Positions 10,980 to 24,381 of a DNA stretch of 64,000 bases are shown here, piece by piece. The notes beneath the pieces are model-generated. The model worked only from the letters and a program-made list of their open reading frames with translations. It was not told the origin of the DNA and ran no database searches. Each line of letters opens with the position of its first letter. The first letter of the stretch is position 1. The translations under genes were made by a program, and so were the position numbers. This stretch comes from Kondoa subrosea (Eukaryota): NCBI GenBank assembly GCA_039545335.1, contig BCIN01000005.1, positions 1-64,000 on the forward strand. Direction: 5' to 3'.

Positions 10980-13329
10980 TCAGAAGACTTGCTGTTGTTG
11001 TTCATAGATACCGCTAAAGAGCTGAGAGTACAGAAGTCTATCGTTGAGCATATCCCGATCTTGCGTCATTAGCTCTATCAAGGCATTGAAGCGAGGCCAT
11101 GAATAGCTTAAAGCCTTGTAAGCTGTAATGTAGGCATTCAGAGCTCTAATCTTGCTCGCATCATCGAAATCCTCAGGACCTATGACATCCAATCAGACAT
11201 GAACGAGATGTAGTCATTCCTAAATGATTAATACTGACCACCTTCAGCCGCAGTTGGAGCTTCTCTGAGGAGTTGCACCCAAAGATCCATCTCCCTTTGC
11301 ATCACTTGCACACTTGAGGCCAAGGTAATGTTGGTCGAGGTAGTGGTGAGCATCTTATCAACAAGTCAGTTTCTATGTGAAGCACAAGCCAGTAAGCTCA
11401 CCTCGAGATGATCAGCCAGATCTTTGCTGCCTTGTACAATCCTACTTTGGGAGATTGCTAGCAGAGTTTGCAATACTTCCATCTCTTCTTCTGCTACTAG
11501 TTGCGCTGTCGATCTTCGTATCAAAGCGCGATTGCAACCCATCAATGTACTAAGCATGCACATTCTAACCATTTCGGTGTGTTGCTGTTGTGTCCAAATT
11601 CTTCAGCCGCAAGCTTCAATAAGACGAACAAGATAAGGACTGACAGCTACCACGATGCAAATGGGGTGTTTGTTGGTGCTCGCGCTCAACTGCTCTCTAG
11701 CGTAGCGCGAGAAATTCCATTCGTCATCCCAAGTAGCCCAGAAATCTAGAACTGCTTGATAATCCAAAGAAGATTTCCTAGCCAAAGGTCCAGATACTTT
11801 GGTGACTAGTTTTCGAGTCATTGCGATATAGGTGGACCAGACTTTGAACATGATGTTGCCTGCGTTCGGGACAGAAGGTGATTCTAGAAGTTTGTGAACC
11901 AAATCTTCAGTCAAGGGACCTTCTCGACCCTTGAAGCCTCGAAGGAAGAGAGCAACGTCATCATCCGTTCTGCCAAGTCTACGTCAGATTGCTCATGGTT
12001 GGTACAGAGCTCTGACATCACTCACAGTTGTAAAGCACCTCCAGAGGTAGCAGAAGCCATAGCGTCATTGGCGCATAAAGCTGCAAGACTTTGTATGAGT
12101 AACGCAACAAAGTCAGTTGTAGACGATCGCTGACTGATGTTGACAGCATCGGAGAAGACAGAATTGCCGCACTCGACATTGAGATCGTTTTCGTGTAATT
12201 GTCGCAGATGGTTCACAGCTACACCAGAATATTGTCTTGTCAAATTTGATCCTTCCTCGACCGACACTGTAAACAAAGCAATAGATATTGAGATTCGTAT
12301 AAGAACAGAAAACACAGGCAAACTGACAATTCTTGAGCGTGAATAGCAAATATGAAGCAGCTATCGATTCCGGACAAGGGCAAAGTAGAAGATCCGAATC
12401 GGAAAGCTTCTTTTGAGCTTGAACGAGAAGAGATTTACAAATTCCATCTCTTTTCTGACCATAAGTAGCTAAATCCAATTCAGGTTGGAGAGGTAAGACA
12501 GTCATTGTTTTTAGAGGAGATGGACCAATTAAGCCTTCGTGTACTGCGACTCTACTTGCTGTTGCTACAATGACGGAAAGGAGAGCTTGAGTTGGTGTAG
12601 AGAGCTCTGTGACTCTGTAGCCGACTGCAGAGAAGCGAGCTCGTAGTTCACTCCATTCTACGCAGGGTTGCTATGCGGGGAAGAAGCTGTAAGCGATGTC
12701 AGCGAGTAGCAATAGAATATAATTACCTGGAAGTAAGCGCAAGAATAGTATGCTTCTGTGAGGGAGGAGCAGAATGAAGCAGCAGCTTGAATATCGTCCA
12801 TCTTGGTAGCTAAAGAACTTGGACTGAGAGTAATAGCAGTTGAATCTTCAGGACTTGAACCCGCTGAAGAGTTCTTTCTAGATGGTATCCACGTATTGCT
12901 TACTACAGCAGCTTCTTCGCTTATAGGAACTTCGCCAAAGGCTTGTTTGGCGAATTCGATTCTATCACCAGTGCGGTTCTTATATTTCCTCTTTCCCTGC
13001 GGCGCTTCGACAGCAACACAACGGATTCCCTTCTTGGTACAAGAATTGCATGCGTCGTTGCCTTCATTTCTTATACACTTGACTTTCCTCAAACGACACG
13101 ATGCACATGAAGAAGCGTAGGCAGAACGAGAACCAGTGCTAGACTTTGCAGATCCACCTTCTGTAGATTTGGAGCTGGATGCAGCTGGAGGAGTAGGTAT
13201 TTCGGGAGCAGGATAAGGTAGAGTCATGGATGCGAGCGGATCTAAGAATAATACATCGCCGTGGTTGGATTGGTGTTGCTCAAAGGGAGGCAGGGTATAA
13301 GTAGACCAGTCAAGCACAGGCAGATCCAT
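10980..13329 (-). CDS. Zn(II)2Cys6 fungal transcription factor; multi-exon
   Basis: CASCRLRKVKC...CNSCTKKGIRC cluster. Downstream exons read on the minus strand to about 10980. Confidence 0.85.
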
Positions 13330-13425
13330 GTTGGTATCACAGCAGTCGCATGAAATCTACAAAGCCAGTCGTTGAATTGGATCAAGAGCAAGCCTGTCAC
13401 TTGACCGCATGCAGCGAGTTTGGTG

Positions 13426-15463
13426 ATGTTCAAATCTTTAGGCCTGCTCAGTACTGTCTCGTGTCCAGAGATCAGCAGCTGCCAGCGCAATCCATGCATC
13501 TTCTCGCACAAGCCTGTCAAGCGAGTTAATCCAGAACCTGAGGATTCCACAGCTCCAGCAGCTAAGAGGCAGAAGACCGCTGTCTCAGCTTCGACTAAGC
13601 CTGTAGACTTGCTGGACTCTCTCTCCCAGTCTCTGCCTTCCTCTTTTACGGCCAAAAGTGCTGTCGCTTCCAAACCTGTCCCGTCCACTTCTGTCATCTC
13701 GCGATCTCTACCTTCACAGCCTGCTCGCTCTACCCAGCCGAAAGCCTCCACATCCCAAACAAGTATTCCTAAAGCGAACAGCACACCAGTTCCAGGTCGA
13801 CTAAACACACCTTTACCTCTTACCTTGAAGAACTACTCTGTGTCTACCTCCCATACTCCCTTTGCAGCTCGAAAACAAATCTTAGTCTTGTTCAACGAAC
13901 AATTTCAACGCATTTACGCACCTCTGGGACCTCGATTGGAACAGAACAACTTGGCTTCTTTGCATGCTTCAGAACAAGAAGATAAAGTTTACAGCGCGAG
14001 CAAGAAATTGACTTACAAGAACGTTGCTGCTCAGACTTTGAATCGATTGAAGAAAAGAATGGTTGCCAAAAGTGAATTTGATCAAGGGACGAATGAGGAA
14101 GTAGAGAGGAAGATCAAGGAAAAGGAGAAGAGGGAGAAAGCGATCTTGAGAGGTGGAATGATTGAAAGATATGGAATGACACCCGAAGATGTCGTCAAGT
14201 GGGAAAAGGATTTCGTTTGGACAATACCAAGCTTGGATCTGAACACTGCTATGAGAACTGAAGAAGGTAGGATCCCAGAGCATTATGTTGCCATCTACTG
14301 ACTGAGTTTGTTTGGGATCGCTACAGGCTTCGCTAGAGATTGTCATAGATGCAAGAAGAACTTTGAAGTAAAGGCTGAACTGTCAGAGGTGCGGAATTAA
14401 AATAGGCAGATCTTTCGGTATACGAGCTGACATCTTTGAGTAGTCTGCTAAAGCTGCATGCAATTACCATTGGGTACAAAAAACCTGTCTCTGCTAGATT
14501 TCTATGCTGACGCTCGGCACATTGCTAACAGGGTAAACTGGTCAGCGAGGTAGTCAATGGTACGTTGGCTGCGCTTTGGCGGACAAGAGAGTCATGTTCA
14601 AGCTCCCGATCGCGTACAGGTCAGAAAGAGCGTTTGTGGTCTTGCTGTCGTGGTCCAACACCTTGCTCGGTCGGTGCGCATGTTTTCCAGGTCAGTAACT
14701 TCCTTTTAGTCTTGTTGCGCGGCAATGACAATTGCATTGCCGATAGGATTACGACCCGGTGACTTTACACGCTCGTCAACCATTCATGCACACATCGGAT
14801 TTTTCGACTGCCAAAGAACCACTTGATATTGCAGCGTTGGATTGTGAACTAATCTACACTACAGCCGGCATGTCTTTAGCAAGATTAACAATCTGTGCGG
14901 GCGATAAGAATGTGGTCTTTGATGAACATGTCAAAGTGGACCCTGCTACGCCATTGGACTATGCTACGAGATTCAGTGGGATCAAGGAGCAGGATTTGAA
15001 GGACGCCACTTTGGATTTTGAGGGCTGTCGAATGAGGTTGGGTGATCTTATTGACGAGAAGACGATTTTGGTCGGACATGGTCAGCTATGGTCACTAGAG
15101 GCATTATCATGAGGAGCACTCATCTGTATAACAGGGCTGGACAACGATCTCAAAGCGCTCAGGATCATTCATCCGCCAAGTAAAATCGTCGATACTTCTT
15201 TGGTGAGTTTCAAAACTAGATTCGAATTCGCCCAAGAGCTGAGCACATTTTGTAGCTGTTTCCTCATCCCGCTGGATATCGTCATTCTCTCCGTAACCTT
15301 TCTAAGATGCATCTAGGCATCTTCATCCAGGATCAAGGTGATTTCTGACCATTCTCAAACAATTGTTCTTATGCTTTGTCCAGGTTATCACGACAGTAAA
15401 GAGGACGCATTGATTGCATTAGAGCTAGTCAAGGTCAAGTACGATCAAGACCAGGATAGGTGA
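13426..15463 (+). CDS. DEDDh RNA exonuclease, REX3/REXO1-like
   Basis: ALDCELIYT, VGHGLDNDLKAL, DTS and HDSKEDA motifs, plus CNYHWG and WSCC motifs. Confidence 0.88.
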
Positions 15464-15568
15464 AGAATAACCAAACATATAATACCAAACCATGATATGA
15501 TGAAAGAAAGCACTTATGATCTATGTACATGCAAGCAGAACATTATGCGAAATATGATATGCTTATGA

Positions 15569-17480
15569 CTAACGAATAGCTGTGCGACGATTGCTGATCT
15601 CAACTTCTTTGCCTTCCCGTCCGGTCGTTGCATCTCCATGACCTTTCGTCCGCTTTGGCTGAACGAAGACATTCCAGAATCTGACGGAAGTCAATCAGCC
15701 TATAGCTCTGTTCGAAATAAAGCAAGCACGTACTTCAAGTTCTCATCACTACTGGCCGTTGCAACAGTGCATCCGTCAGGACTCAAAGCGCTGAACAAGA
15801 CTCGAGTATCGTGAGCTTGATTGATGTCCGCAATTTTGCCTAGAGTAGGATAAGACCAGACAGAGAGCTGATTGTCTGGGAAACCATGCGACGAAAGGAC
15901 TTCTTTGGCATGCGGGTTCCAGACAATCGAGGTGACTTGAGAATTTGTAGTGAGCGAATTGAGTCTCGCTGAAGTCGTTGTGTTCCAGAAGTGCAGAGTC
16001 TGGAAGACTGTTCAACCGAATGATATCAAGTTCGAGCGTCAAGTTACCTTATCATTGGTTCCACCACCTGAAGCGAGGAGTGAAGATTGCCATGGGCACC
16101 AAGCAAGAGCCTATCGAAATATCAATGCAAATTCTACTTCATTTGGCATTACCACTTACTTTGACTGCTGCTGTATGATTGTTTTTCGACATCTTTGGTG
16201 TGGTCAGATTTCTGCCATCCCAGACATTGACCACATTGTCGTTCCCTCCGCTGGCAAGCAGCTATTATACCATGAGTACCGTCTCGTGCGTTTGGGAATT
16301 AGACTTACACCTTGACCACCTCCACTCAACCCGCCAGTCATGTCGGGTTTCCACGCCAAACCGCAAACTTCAGCTCTATGAGCTTTGATCTCGCTTTGCT
16401 TATGTGTAGCAACTCTGACATCCGAGTTCCAGATCACACCATCTTTGCTTCCGCTACTCAAAACAGCACCAGACCAAGACAAACTTGGAACTCTAGAAAT
16501 ATGACCTGCCATTGTCCTGATTCTCGAACACGCATTGACGTCGTAAATTTGTATAGGACCAGAATTGGTTCCAATAGCAAGGTAAGAACCATCTTCAGAA
16601 AATTTGACCGAAGTAACCGTTTCATCCCCTTCTTCTTCACCAGGTAAATTGACTTCGCATAATTTGTTCACTTCACCTGAATCTGCATGCCAAACATAAA
16701 CTTGATTCTCTAAAGCTATAGCAACGATATTGGTGCATGACCAATCGAGTAGGTTGAGGTAGTAATCATCTAGTAAACCTGGGGCATCCAATACTCGGAT
16801 AGGCATACTAGCAATTCGACGTTTGTTGACTGCTGAGATGTTCTTCTTGGGTGTTTTGGCATATGCAGCTAAGAGAGCTGCATTGGCTGTGGAAGATGGA
16901 GGAGGTTCAGAAGAGAAAGCCAAAATACGTCGACCTAAGTCTAGACCCAGAGATTCAGTTAGATTGGCAGTGTGTTCGCTATCATTGCCTGATTGAAGAT
17001 TTGTAGTAGCTGGTGAAGAATCGTCGGAACTATCATTGTCTGAAGATGCGCCTGAAGTAGAAGAAGCTAAAGATGTAGCTGGAGCCGAAGAGTTCTCTCG
17101 ATTTGGAATGAAGCGATCGTATTGCTGAAACATTCATCAGCCAGAGTTTACCTCTTCAATGAATGCATACTGACTTTAGTTGATTTGCCTGATTTCTTCT
17201 TTGGACTGACACCAGCTATAGCTCCTTCCCAATCCGAAGCAACAATGTCCATCCTGCCTAAACCACCATCCTTGCCAGTAGATTTCGTTTTTGCATGCCC
17301 AGGTGTTTTTGTAGGTGAATTCTTTGCGCTTTTAGTACCAGAATTAGCTCGAGTAGGAGATGCTGGCCGACTACGACTTCCTGTAGGTCTTTTAGCTGAC
17401 TTTGCGGCCTTTGCAGAGTGCAAGTTGAGACCGCTGACAGAAACCAGAGGAGAACGAGGAGGAGTTCGAGTACCGGACAT
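15569..17480 (-). CDS. CDC20: APC/C activator Cdc20/Slp1 (WD40)
   Basis: C-box DRFIPNR, RILAF (KILR-like Mad2-binding motif), VLDAPGLLDDYYLNLLDW, WD40 repeats and C-terminal IR tail (RRTAIR*). Confidence 0.92.
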
Positions 17481-18357
17481 TCTCAAGCAGACCTCTATGC
17501 CAGGATAGAGCGTTCAAAGAGCGGATGAGCAGGAAAGAGACTCGGAGACAGAGGAAAGCAAGAGAAAGTCGCGAAACTGAGGAAAACAAACAAAAGGATC
17601 GGTGAAAAGTCAACATGTCACAGGCGCTGCACTCTCTCCTTTCTTCTCTTTCTCACCTGCCACGACCCTCCGGGTCAAGCAGATCCATCAACAGCCAGTC
17701 TTATGCTACTTTTCACAAAGATTGAGACAATTCGAGTCTTCAGCTTGTCTCGTATCATTTCCAATGAAATTCTCTCGGTCAAATGCAGCTCAAGAAAGGG
17801 CGTCAGCTATCAGAGATGCAGAGACTCTCTCGCAAGTCATTGCTGTAGTCTCTATGGAGTCTTTAAGGCGCATTATATGCAGTTATTGCTGCTACTCGAT
17901 GTAGAGAAGATTTCGGGAGAGTCTTTCGAAGCTTGGACTGGCCATTATGTTGAGACTCGTCACCATTACTGCACCGACTGAGGCGCCTAATTCTGCTCTT
18001 ATCTGGCTTGTTCAAATTCCAGTCATGCTGCTGTGTCAATCGAGCTCAGGACGAATCTTCGCAGCATTTGGCTTCTCGACCCTATAAATGTTGCTTCCTA
18101 TACTTACACTGCTTTCTTACTTGACTTCATGGACGCACTCGACTTGAAAACACAATGCATCTCTTTTGTCGCGCACGTATTCTATCGACACTTGAATTGG
18201 ATACATCTACTTTACCGATCCTAGCCCAAAGGAGCCAATCCATTCGCAGTTTTCCCAAAGTTCTTTCAGGCAGAAAGAAAGTTTCGTTGTCTAAAGAAGA
18301 AAGGAAGATGCTATCGGCTCATTCTGTCGGCTATCTCAGCCTGGTCTTGCATTCAGG

Positions 18358-18950
18358 CATGCTCCAGAGATTAGCTTGAATAAAGCTTGGACCGAAGAGC
18401 CAAATGGAGATGCAAGAGAATCTAAGTCACTTGGACCTCATTTATGCTTGCAATGTGCTTCGAAATTCGCAACGCATCCCTTCACTTCCCTGCCCTCTTA
18501 CCTTCCGTCTCACGAATTCTGCGATGCTCTCTGGAGATGTTTGACTTGAGTTCTTTGAGAAAGCCTTCCAAATTCGACGACATCAGTTTCATTTGAGCTG
18601 ATCCGCCTTGTGTCTCGCCGCAAATGCCCAATAAATTCAATCTCAGAACAGAACAGCAAAAAAGAAGAGCCTTGACTTGTGGAAAAAGGGCTGCACAACC
18701 TGGCAAAAAAAAACAATTTCCCAACCGGGGAGTCGAACCCCGCTCTTATCGGTGAGAGCGATATATACTAGCCGATGTACTAGCTAGGAAAACGATCATG
18801 AGATGTGGATACCGAGGAGTCAGTACAAACCATCCGCATATACAGTGATCTGTAACGTAAACCTCTTTTCGCGCGAAATTTCGGCTTCGTTCACCTCCAG
18901 GCGCTTCTTCCTCTCGCACTACCACTGTAACAGGCGTTTCGTCTATCATT
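18358..18950 (-). repeat. Left arm of ~600-bp inverted repeat (partner 21820-22425)
   Basis: Near-identical reverse complement of 21820-22425. Confidence 0.95.
18718..18789 (-). tRNA. tRNA-Glu(CUC), intronless
   Basis: TCCTAGC/GTTGGGA acceptor, TATCG-CT-CTC-AC-CGATA anticodon arm, CGGGG-TTCGACT-CCCCG T-arm, then a T-run. Confidence 0.95.
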
Positions 18951-19480
18951 GCTCTCTTCTTCTGTCAAAACCTTGTATCATGATACTTCGACACAACTAG
19001 TCGCAGACGGCTGCAGCTCATGCACTCCCGAACACCATACTTGGCCTGATAGCTGCCAGTCTGCGCGGCAGGTCTTTCTCAAAATCATCGTCCCTCATCT
19101 CGTGCTTCGTCTTTCTGTGTCGCTCGGCGTCAGTCTTCATATCAAGTTGCCCCTGAAATGGGCTCACAAGATGATGCACACTAGCGTTGCAATGCCCGTG
19201 ATGGTGCCTAATCTAAAGGGAGCGTCTCGACCTACTTTTCCTTGTTACAATTTCACCACCACCTGTTTATCGCTCTGCCGTTAGCTCGCCTCCGTCCCTC
19301 TGATTCAAAGAGGGAAGAGGAAAAGGTCAACTAGATTCCATTTGCGCCCGTTGGGGGACAATGCTTGACTGCTCAAAAGCCCTTTTCCGGCTCTTTCCTC
19401 TTCTCTTCTCCGTGTCACGTTGTGCTACTTTTCTCCGCAGCCATTCAACCTACATCCCATCAAATACCTCATTTGCACAA

Positions 19481-21539
19481 ATGTCTCATCTGAATTGCAT
19501 TCCCCGACCAATCTAGACTGGAACTGTCGAAGAGATTGTCAATGACCTATACTCTAAAGTGCACGCGAAAACTGGTCAAATCGCCTTCGGTTACCTTTAT
19601 CCTCCTCACCTTTACCGATTCGGCTAAAGCTACAACTGATCGAACGTTGGCCTACAAGAATGTGAGGGATCTTTTGAAGCAAGGTTTTGGTCGATCAATA
19701 TTTGAACTTGTACTCTTCAATCGACGCGACCGATTCTTCTTACTCCATGAAAGTCTTTCTCCGTTACGCACGCAGATATTGGTTGCAACGCCCCACTGCG
19801 GTGGAGTCGCCTGGTACAGTAATGGAGAAAGCATGCTCCGACAACCTGGCAGCTGCCTTCGAGTACACTCTCTGCGGTATGTATTACGAGACTGACGGAA
19901 GAGCGCTACCCATAAAGGTTGTCAACAGTAATACTGGAAGGCAGAGTCGGTCAAGTTGCTGATGAAAGCTCAACGAAATGATCGACCAAAACCGAGCTTT
20001 GTCTTTTCGTCTTCCATGCATCGCGATGATATCTGCTCAATTCCAGATCTCTCACCGGTCTTCAATCGTCAACACAACCTGTGGTAGCCCAGAACGATAG
20101 AACTGTTTCTCCCTTCTCGTGATTTCGCTCTTACTTTCTGCACTGCCGGTGGCTGTTTGCTATGCTATCATTGAGTCACGCTCAGATACTCGGCGGCCAT
20201 ACAGAAGGAGGCCAAATAGGATTACAGTAAAGGCAAATCTTCCAGGACGCGCGATGACGATTTTGAATCTGGACCTTACGTAAAGGGTTTGTCCGCGTCT
20301 TCTTTGGCTTTAGCAATTCTGATTTCATGCATACAGAATCCCAACCGTCCACTCAAGCCCTTTCACCTACTATTACTGCAAATGCTGAAACCCAAGTCAT
20401 TTCCCCGCTAAGTCTTATGCTCTCGACATCTTCCACGACCAGATTGCCTAAGAAGAAGCCCGAGCACTCGAAACATTTTGAAATGGAAAAGTGCTCAATC
20501 TTCTTTCACGTAATTCTCCTCGACCCAAGATTATTGATCTCCTGATCTTACTACTGCAACTTCTACTCAAACTTCGAAATCGGTGGTCGACAGACGTGCT
20601 GTCGTCGAATGTATAACTGGATTGGCAGGTGATCTGCCGCGATTGATTGGAAAGGGACTAAGGAAATTGTTACATTGGCTTTTAAGCATCCGTTACAAGC
20701 TCCTCTGTAAGTCTCGCTGTTCTACGTTGCTCGTGCATTGGCTGATTGAAGTACTGTAGATTGGTTGGCTGTTAGTCATTATTCGTTCAAGTCAAATATA
20801 CTTCGCTGCATCAAGTGGATTTAACTACTCTCGTGTTCAGGTTAGCCTCTCTCTCCTCTCTCTACAATTTTTCAAGGCTTTCGGAATGTTGTCTTATAAC
20901 TCAATCGTAAGCTCTTCTCCTTTTATTTTTTGCGTGAACATGATGAGCTTATTCCTGTTTCAGGCATATAGATCAAAGCTTCTTGGTTAAACCTTCAAGC
21001 TGAACACGTACTTCAATCTGAAAGACTCGTAGAACATGGAAAATGGAAACTGCTCAAAGGACCTATTACGGCTTTTCATTGCTCTATACTACTTTCTCGG
21101 TCGGGTAACGCGTGATTGCACCTCGCAACGGAGAGAATTAACTTCAGATTCGCAACTGAGACAGAGGTGTCGTACTTTGTTCGGTACTAGTTTGCGGTCT
21201 GCAAAGGGTGCTTTCTTATAGTCATGTGATGGATGTGGCAGCGCTATTGTCTTCGGTTCTATGACCTGATCACTCATAATTGACTTTGTAACCTCACTCG
21301 CCGCATATTCGATTGCATGTGCGCTATATAATTTGGTAGTCAATGACTGCTATCATTGCTTCAAACGTACAGGCGAATTGTATTCCTTCCAATGCTTTGT
21401 TATTCGCCTGCATGAACCAGGCCACTCTGGCTTTCCGAAGCTTCTCAATGCGAGAATGCGCAGAAAACCTTCGCAGGAGAAAAAGAAGGAGGAGAAGAAG
21501 AAGAAGAAAAACGAAGAAGACGAAGAAGAAAATGTATAA
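19481..21539 (+). pseudogene. Decayed protein-coding gene of unknown family between the inverted repeats
   Basis: ATG at 19481, then protein-like segments broken by in-frame stops and frameshifts (MSHLNCIPRPI*TGTVEEIVNDLY...; VDQYLNLYSS...; SCDGC...DCYHC; K/E-rich end). Confidence 0.45.
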
Positions 21540-21819
21540 CTGGGCAACGAAGTGCGATTATAGAGAGCGAGAGACACAATCGTCAGTATATCAAAGCACC
21601 GGAATGGGTCAACGTGAGAAGATGAGCGATGAGCGATCGAGGAGCAGAGAAGCGAATAGGATCTAAACAGAGGAAGAACAAGACGGATATAGACACAAAC
21701 AGTGCTTTATCTTATTATTGCCAGACTGGCGAAGCTCTCGATGCACTGGCACATATCTCATCTGGACATCGATTCTGTGACAGAGCGTATGAAACATCTG
21801 AAAGAAGTTCAAGAGCAGC

Positions 21820-22425
21820 GCGATGAAAGCGAAACGCCTGTTACAGTGGTAGTGCGAGAGGAAGAAGCGCCTGGAGGTGAACGAAGCCGAAATTTCGCGC
21901 GAAAAGAGGTTTGCGCTACAGATTACTGTATATGCGAATGGTTTGTACTGGCTCCTTGATATCCACATCTCACGATCGTTTTCCTAGCTAGTACATCGGC
22001 TAGTATATATCGCTCTCACCGATAAGAGCGGGGTTCGACTCCCCGGTTGGGAAATTGTTTTTTTTTTTGCCAGGTTGTGCAGCCCTTTTTCCACAAGTCA
22101 AGGCTCTTCTTTTTTGCTGTTCTGTTCTGAGATTGAATTTATTGGGCATTTGCGGCGAGACACAAGGCGGATCAGCTCAAATGAAACTGATGTCGTCGAA
22201 TTTGGAAGGCTTTCTCAAAGAACTCAAGTCAAACATCTCCAGAGAGCATCGCAGAATTCGTGAGACGGAAGGTAGGGCAGAGGGCAGGGAAGTGAAGGGA
22301 TGCGTTGCGAATTTCGAAGCACATTGCAAGCATAAATGAGGTCCAAGTGACTTTCCAAGTGACTTAGATGTCTTGCGTCTCGGCTAGTCGGTCCAAGCTT
22401 TCTTCAAGCTAATCTCTGCAGCATG
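21820..22425 (+). repeat. Right arm of ~600-bp inverted repeat (partner 18358-18950)
   Basis: Reverse complement of the left arm. It carries a small CCAAGTGACTT duplication near the outer end. Confidence 0.95.
21982..22053 (+). tRNA. tRNA-Glu(CUC), intronless
   Basis: Identical to the 18718-18789 copy, with a T11 terminator after it. Confidence 0.95.
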
Positions 22426-22675
22426 GTAAGGTAGTCCTGCTCATACCTCGTAAGGCTCCGACTGACCGATATGCAAAAGAGGAAGAAGAGAAAGGAAAGA
22501 TAGACATAGAACATAGGGACAGCGTTCTGAAGACTGTGCAAAACACATGCAGGAAAAGATCTCGACAGAGAGTGATAGGGAAGGAGAGCCAGCATTTATC
22601 AGTCTGCAGCTGCATCAAATAGACTGTGTGACCAATCTTAGCAAGTGAGATACCGAAAAGAACCACATACATACT

Positions 22676-24381
22676 TTATTCAACAGTCAAGCCGTCAAAG
22701 AACGACCCGTTCAGCATTCCTACTCGCCAATCAGCAACTGAACCTTCCAACTCTTCGACTCTCAAAGCAACTCGTTCAGCACATGCTCTGGCTCCTTCCA
22801 AATTGAAAGCTCCGGGTCCGACTTGCAGAGCAGCAAATCCACCGACAAAAAACATATTCAGGTCCGGTAGTTGTAGGTCTTCAGTAAGGCGAGGAAAACC
22901 AGTCAAAGACTCTTGACCCGCTAAGACAGACTGAAGGAAGCCAACTCTCGAGACATCCCATTTAGCGCCAGTAGCAAAGTAGAGGTAATCAACTTCATCT
23001 ATTGAAGTGAGAGAGTCTTTGCCCTTGACTTCTAACGACCAATGTTTAGAGATTGGGTTCCAGACTTGATTTTGCAGTTGGGAATGGAGTAGCAACTCAA
23101 GCCTACCAGACTTGATATGCTTCTGTAGTATAGAATTGTAAGTTGGAGTAATCGATCCACCATTGCGCGCCTGCAAGATGATCTTGAGCCGTTCTAAGTA
23201 TACTATTAGCATTTGCACTGCAGTGATTCTGGCAGAGCTGACCCGCTGGATCTTCCTCTACGAAGAAGCGTGACTTCATTTCGTTTTGATATTTGCCGAT
23301 CCAAGGCAAATCCACATCAAAAGGTTTGACTGGATTGAGCTGATTAGTTTGAGCATAATGATTAGATGACACAAGGTACCCTTCAGCCGACCTCTGCACA
23401 AGAGGTAAACCTTTTCGATACCTGACCGTATAGCAACATCAACAATCTGAGCGCTTGTCAAACCACCACCGCAAACGACAGCCTTTGTGGGTGTTCGTTT
23501 CGCTATCCGTTCAATGAGGTGAGGACATAGGACTGAACCGGTTTGAGCGATTTGACTAGAGTGGCAGGCGCCTTCCTCACAGCCTTGCAGTGAACAAGGA
23601 ATACAAGGTGTGTTTGCATGACCGACAGCTGAAATAATATAGCGCGCATAGTAGTAAGATCCATCAGCTGTTTTGATTTCGAATATAGGTTTGCCATCCA
23701 CTTCAAGAGGCACAACATCAATTACTCGAGCTTGAGTGACTTTAGGCATTTGATAGCGATCTATCAAAGCTTGAGTGAAGGATCGAAAGAGGTCAGTAGA
23801 GGGATTGAAGTAGTCTTGTCTAGATCTTTCGTTGATTGCTGGCTCTCTGGCCTTGCGTTTGTTTCTGCTCGCGGTTCATGAACACTTGATTCTGCTTGGA
23901 AAGATCGAGCTTACCTAGACATCTTCTGTTTGTGCTTGCTCTGCTCATGACCGACTACGTTACTAATCTCTTGCAATTCTGATTGTCGACCAGACGAATG
24001 AGCGTAAGAGAGTAAAGAGTCGACATCAGAAGCGTCGGTATGAAAGAACACTGAATCATGGATCAGTCTAGTATCCTGTAGCACAGCAAGTAGCTTACTA
24101 GGCGATCTCAAATGCGATATTTGTAGAGCATGAAACTGCTTATCCCAAGATGCGAGATATTCAGGCGAATTGTCCAAGACTAGAATATCATAGTCCTTCT
24201 TCTTCGACCGACCAGAACGTTTAGCACCTACTCGAGGAAGTCCATCGTACTTCTTGAGCCAGCTGGAGCGGAAATGTTCATCGTCGGTATAGAGACTTGA
24301 GGGAGTTGATTCTCGTAGTCTTGCTATACAAGCTACAGTATTTGGACCAGCGCCGATAATGCAGATGTCGTGAATGTACAT
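22676..24381 (-). CDS. FAD/NAD(P)-dependent oxidoreductase (flavin monooxygenase-like fold)
   Basis: DICIIGAGP, SHLRSP, VVCGGGLTSAQ, YFATG and GPGAFNLEGAR motifs. Confidence 0.85.

Noticed and set aside
19295..19315. Hairpin TCCCTCT-GATTCAA-AGAGGGA and nearby purine/pyrimidine complementarity
   Set aside because: Short and low complexity. No RNA family signature.
18482..22339. Duplicated short ORFs in the repeat arms (e.g. 18482-18724, 22055-22339)
   Set aside because: They overlap the tRNA and terminator and differ in frame between arms. They are by-products of the duplication.
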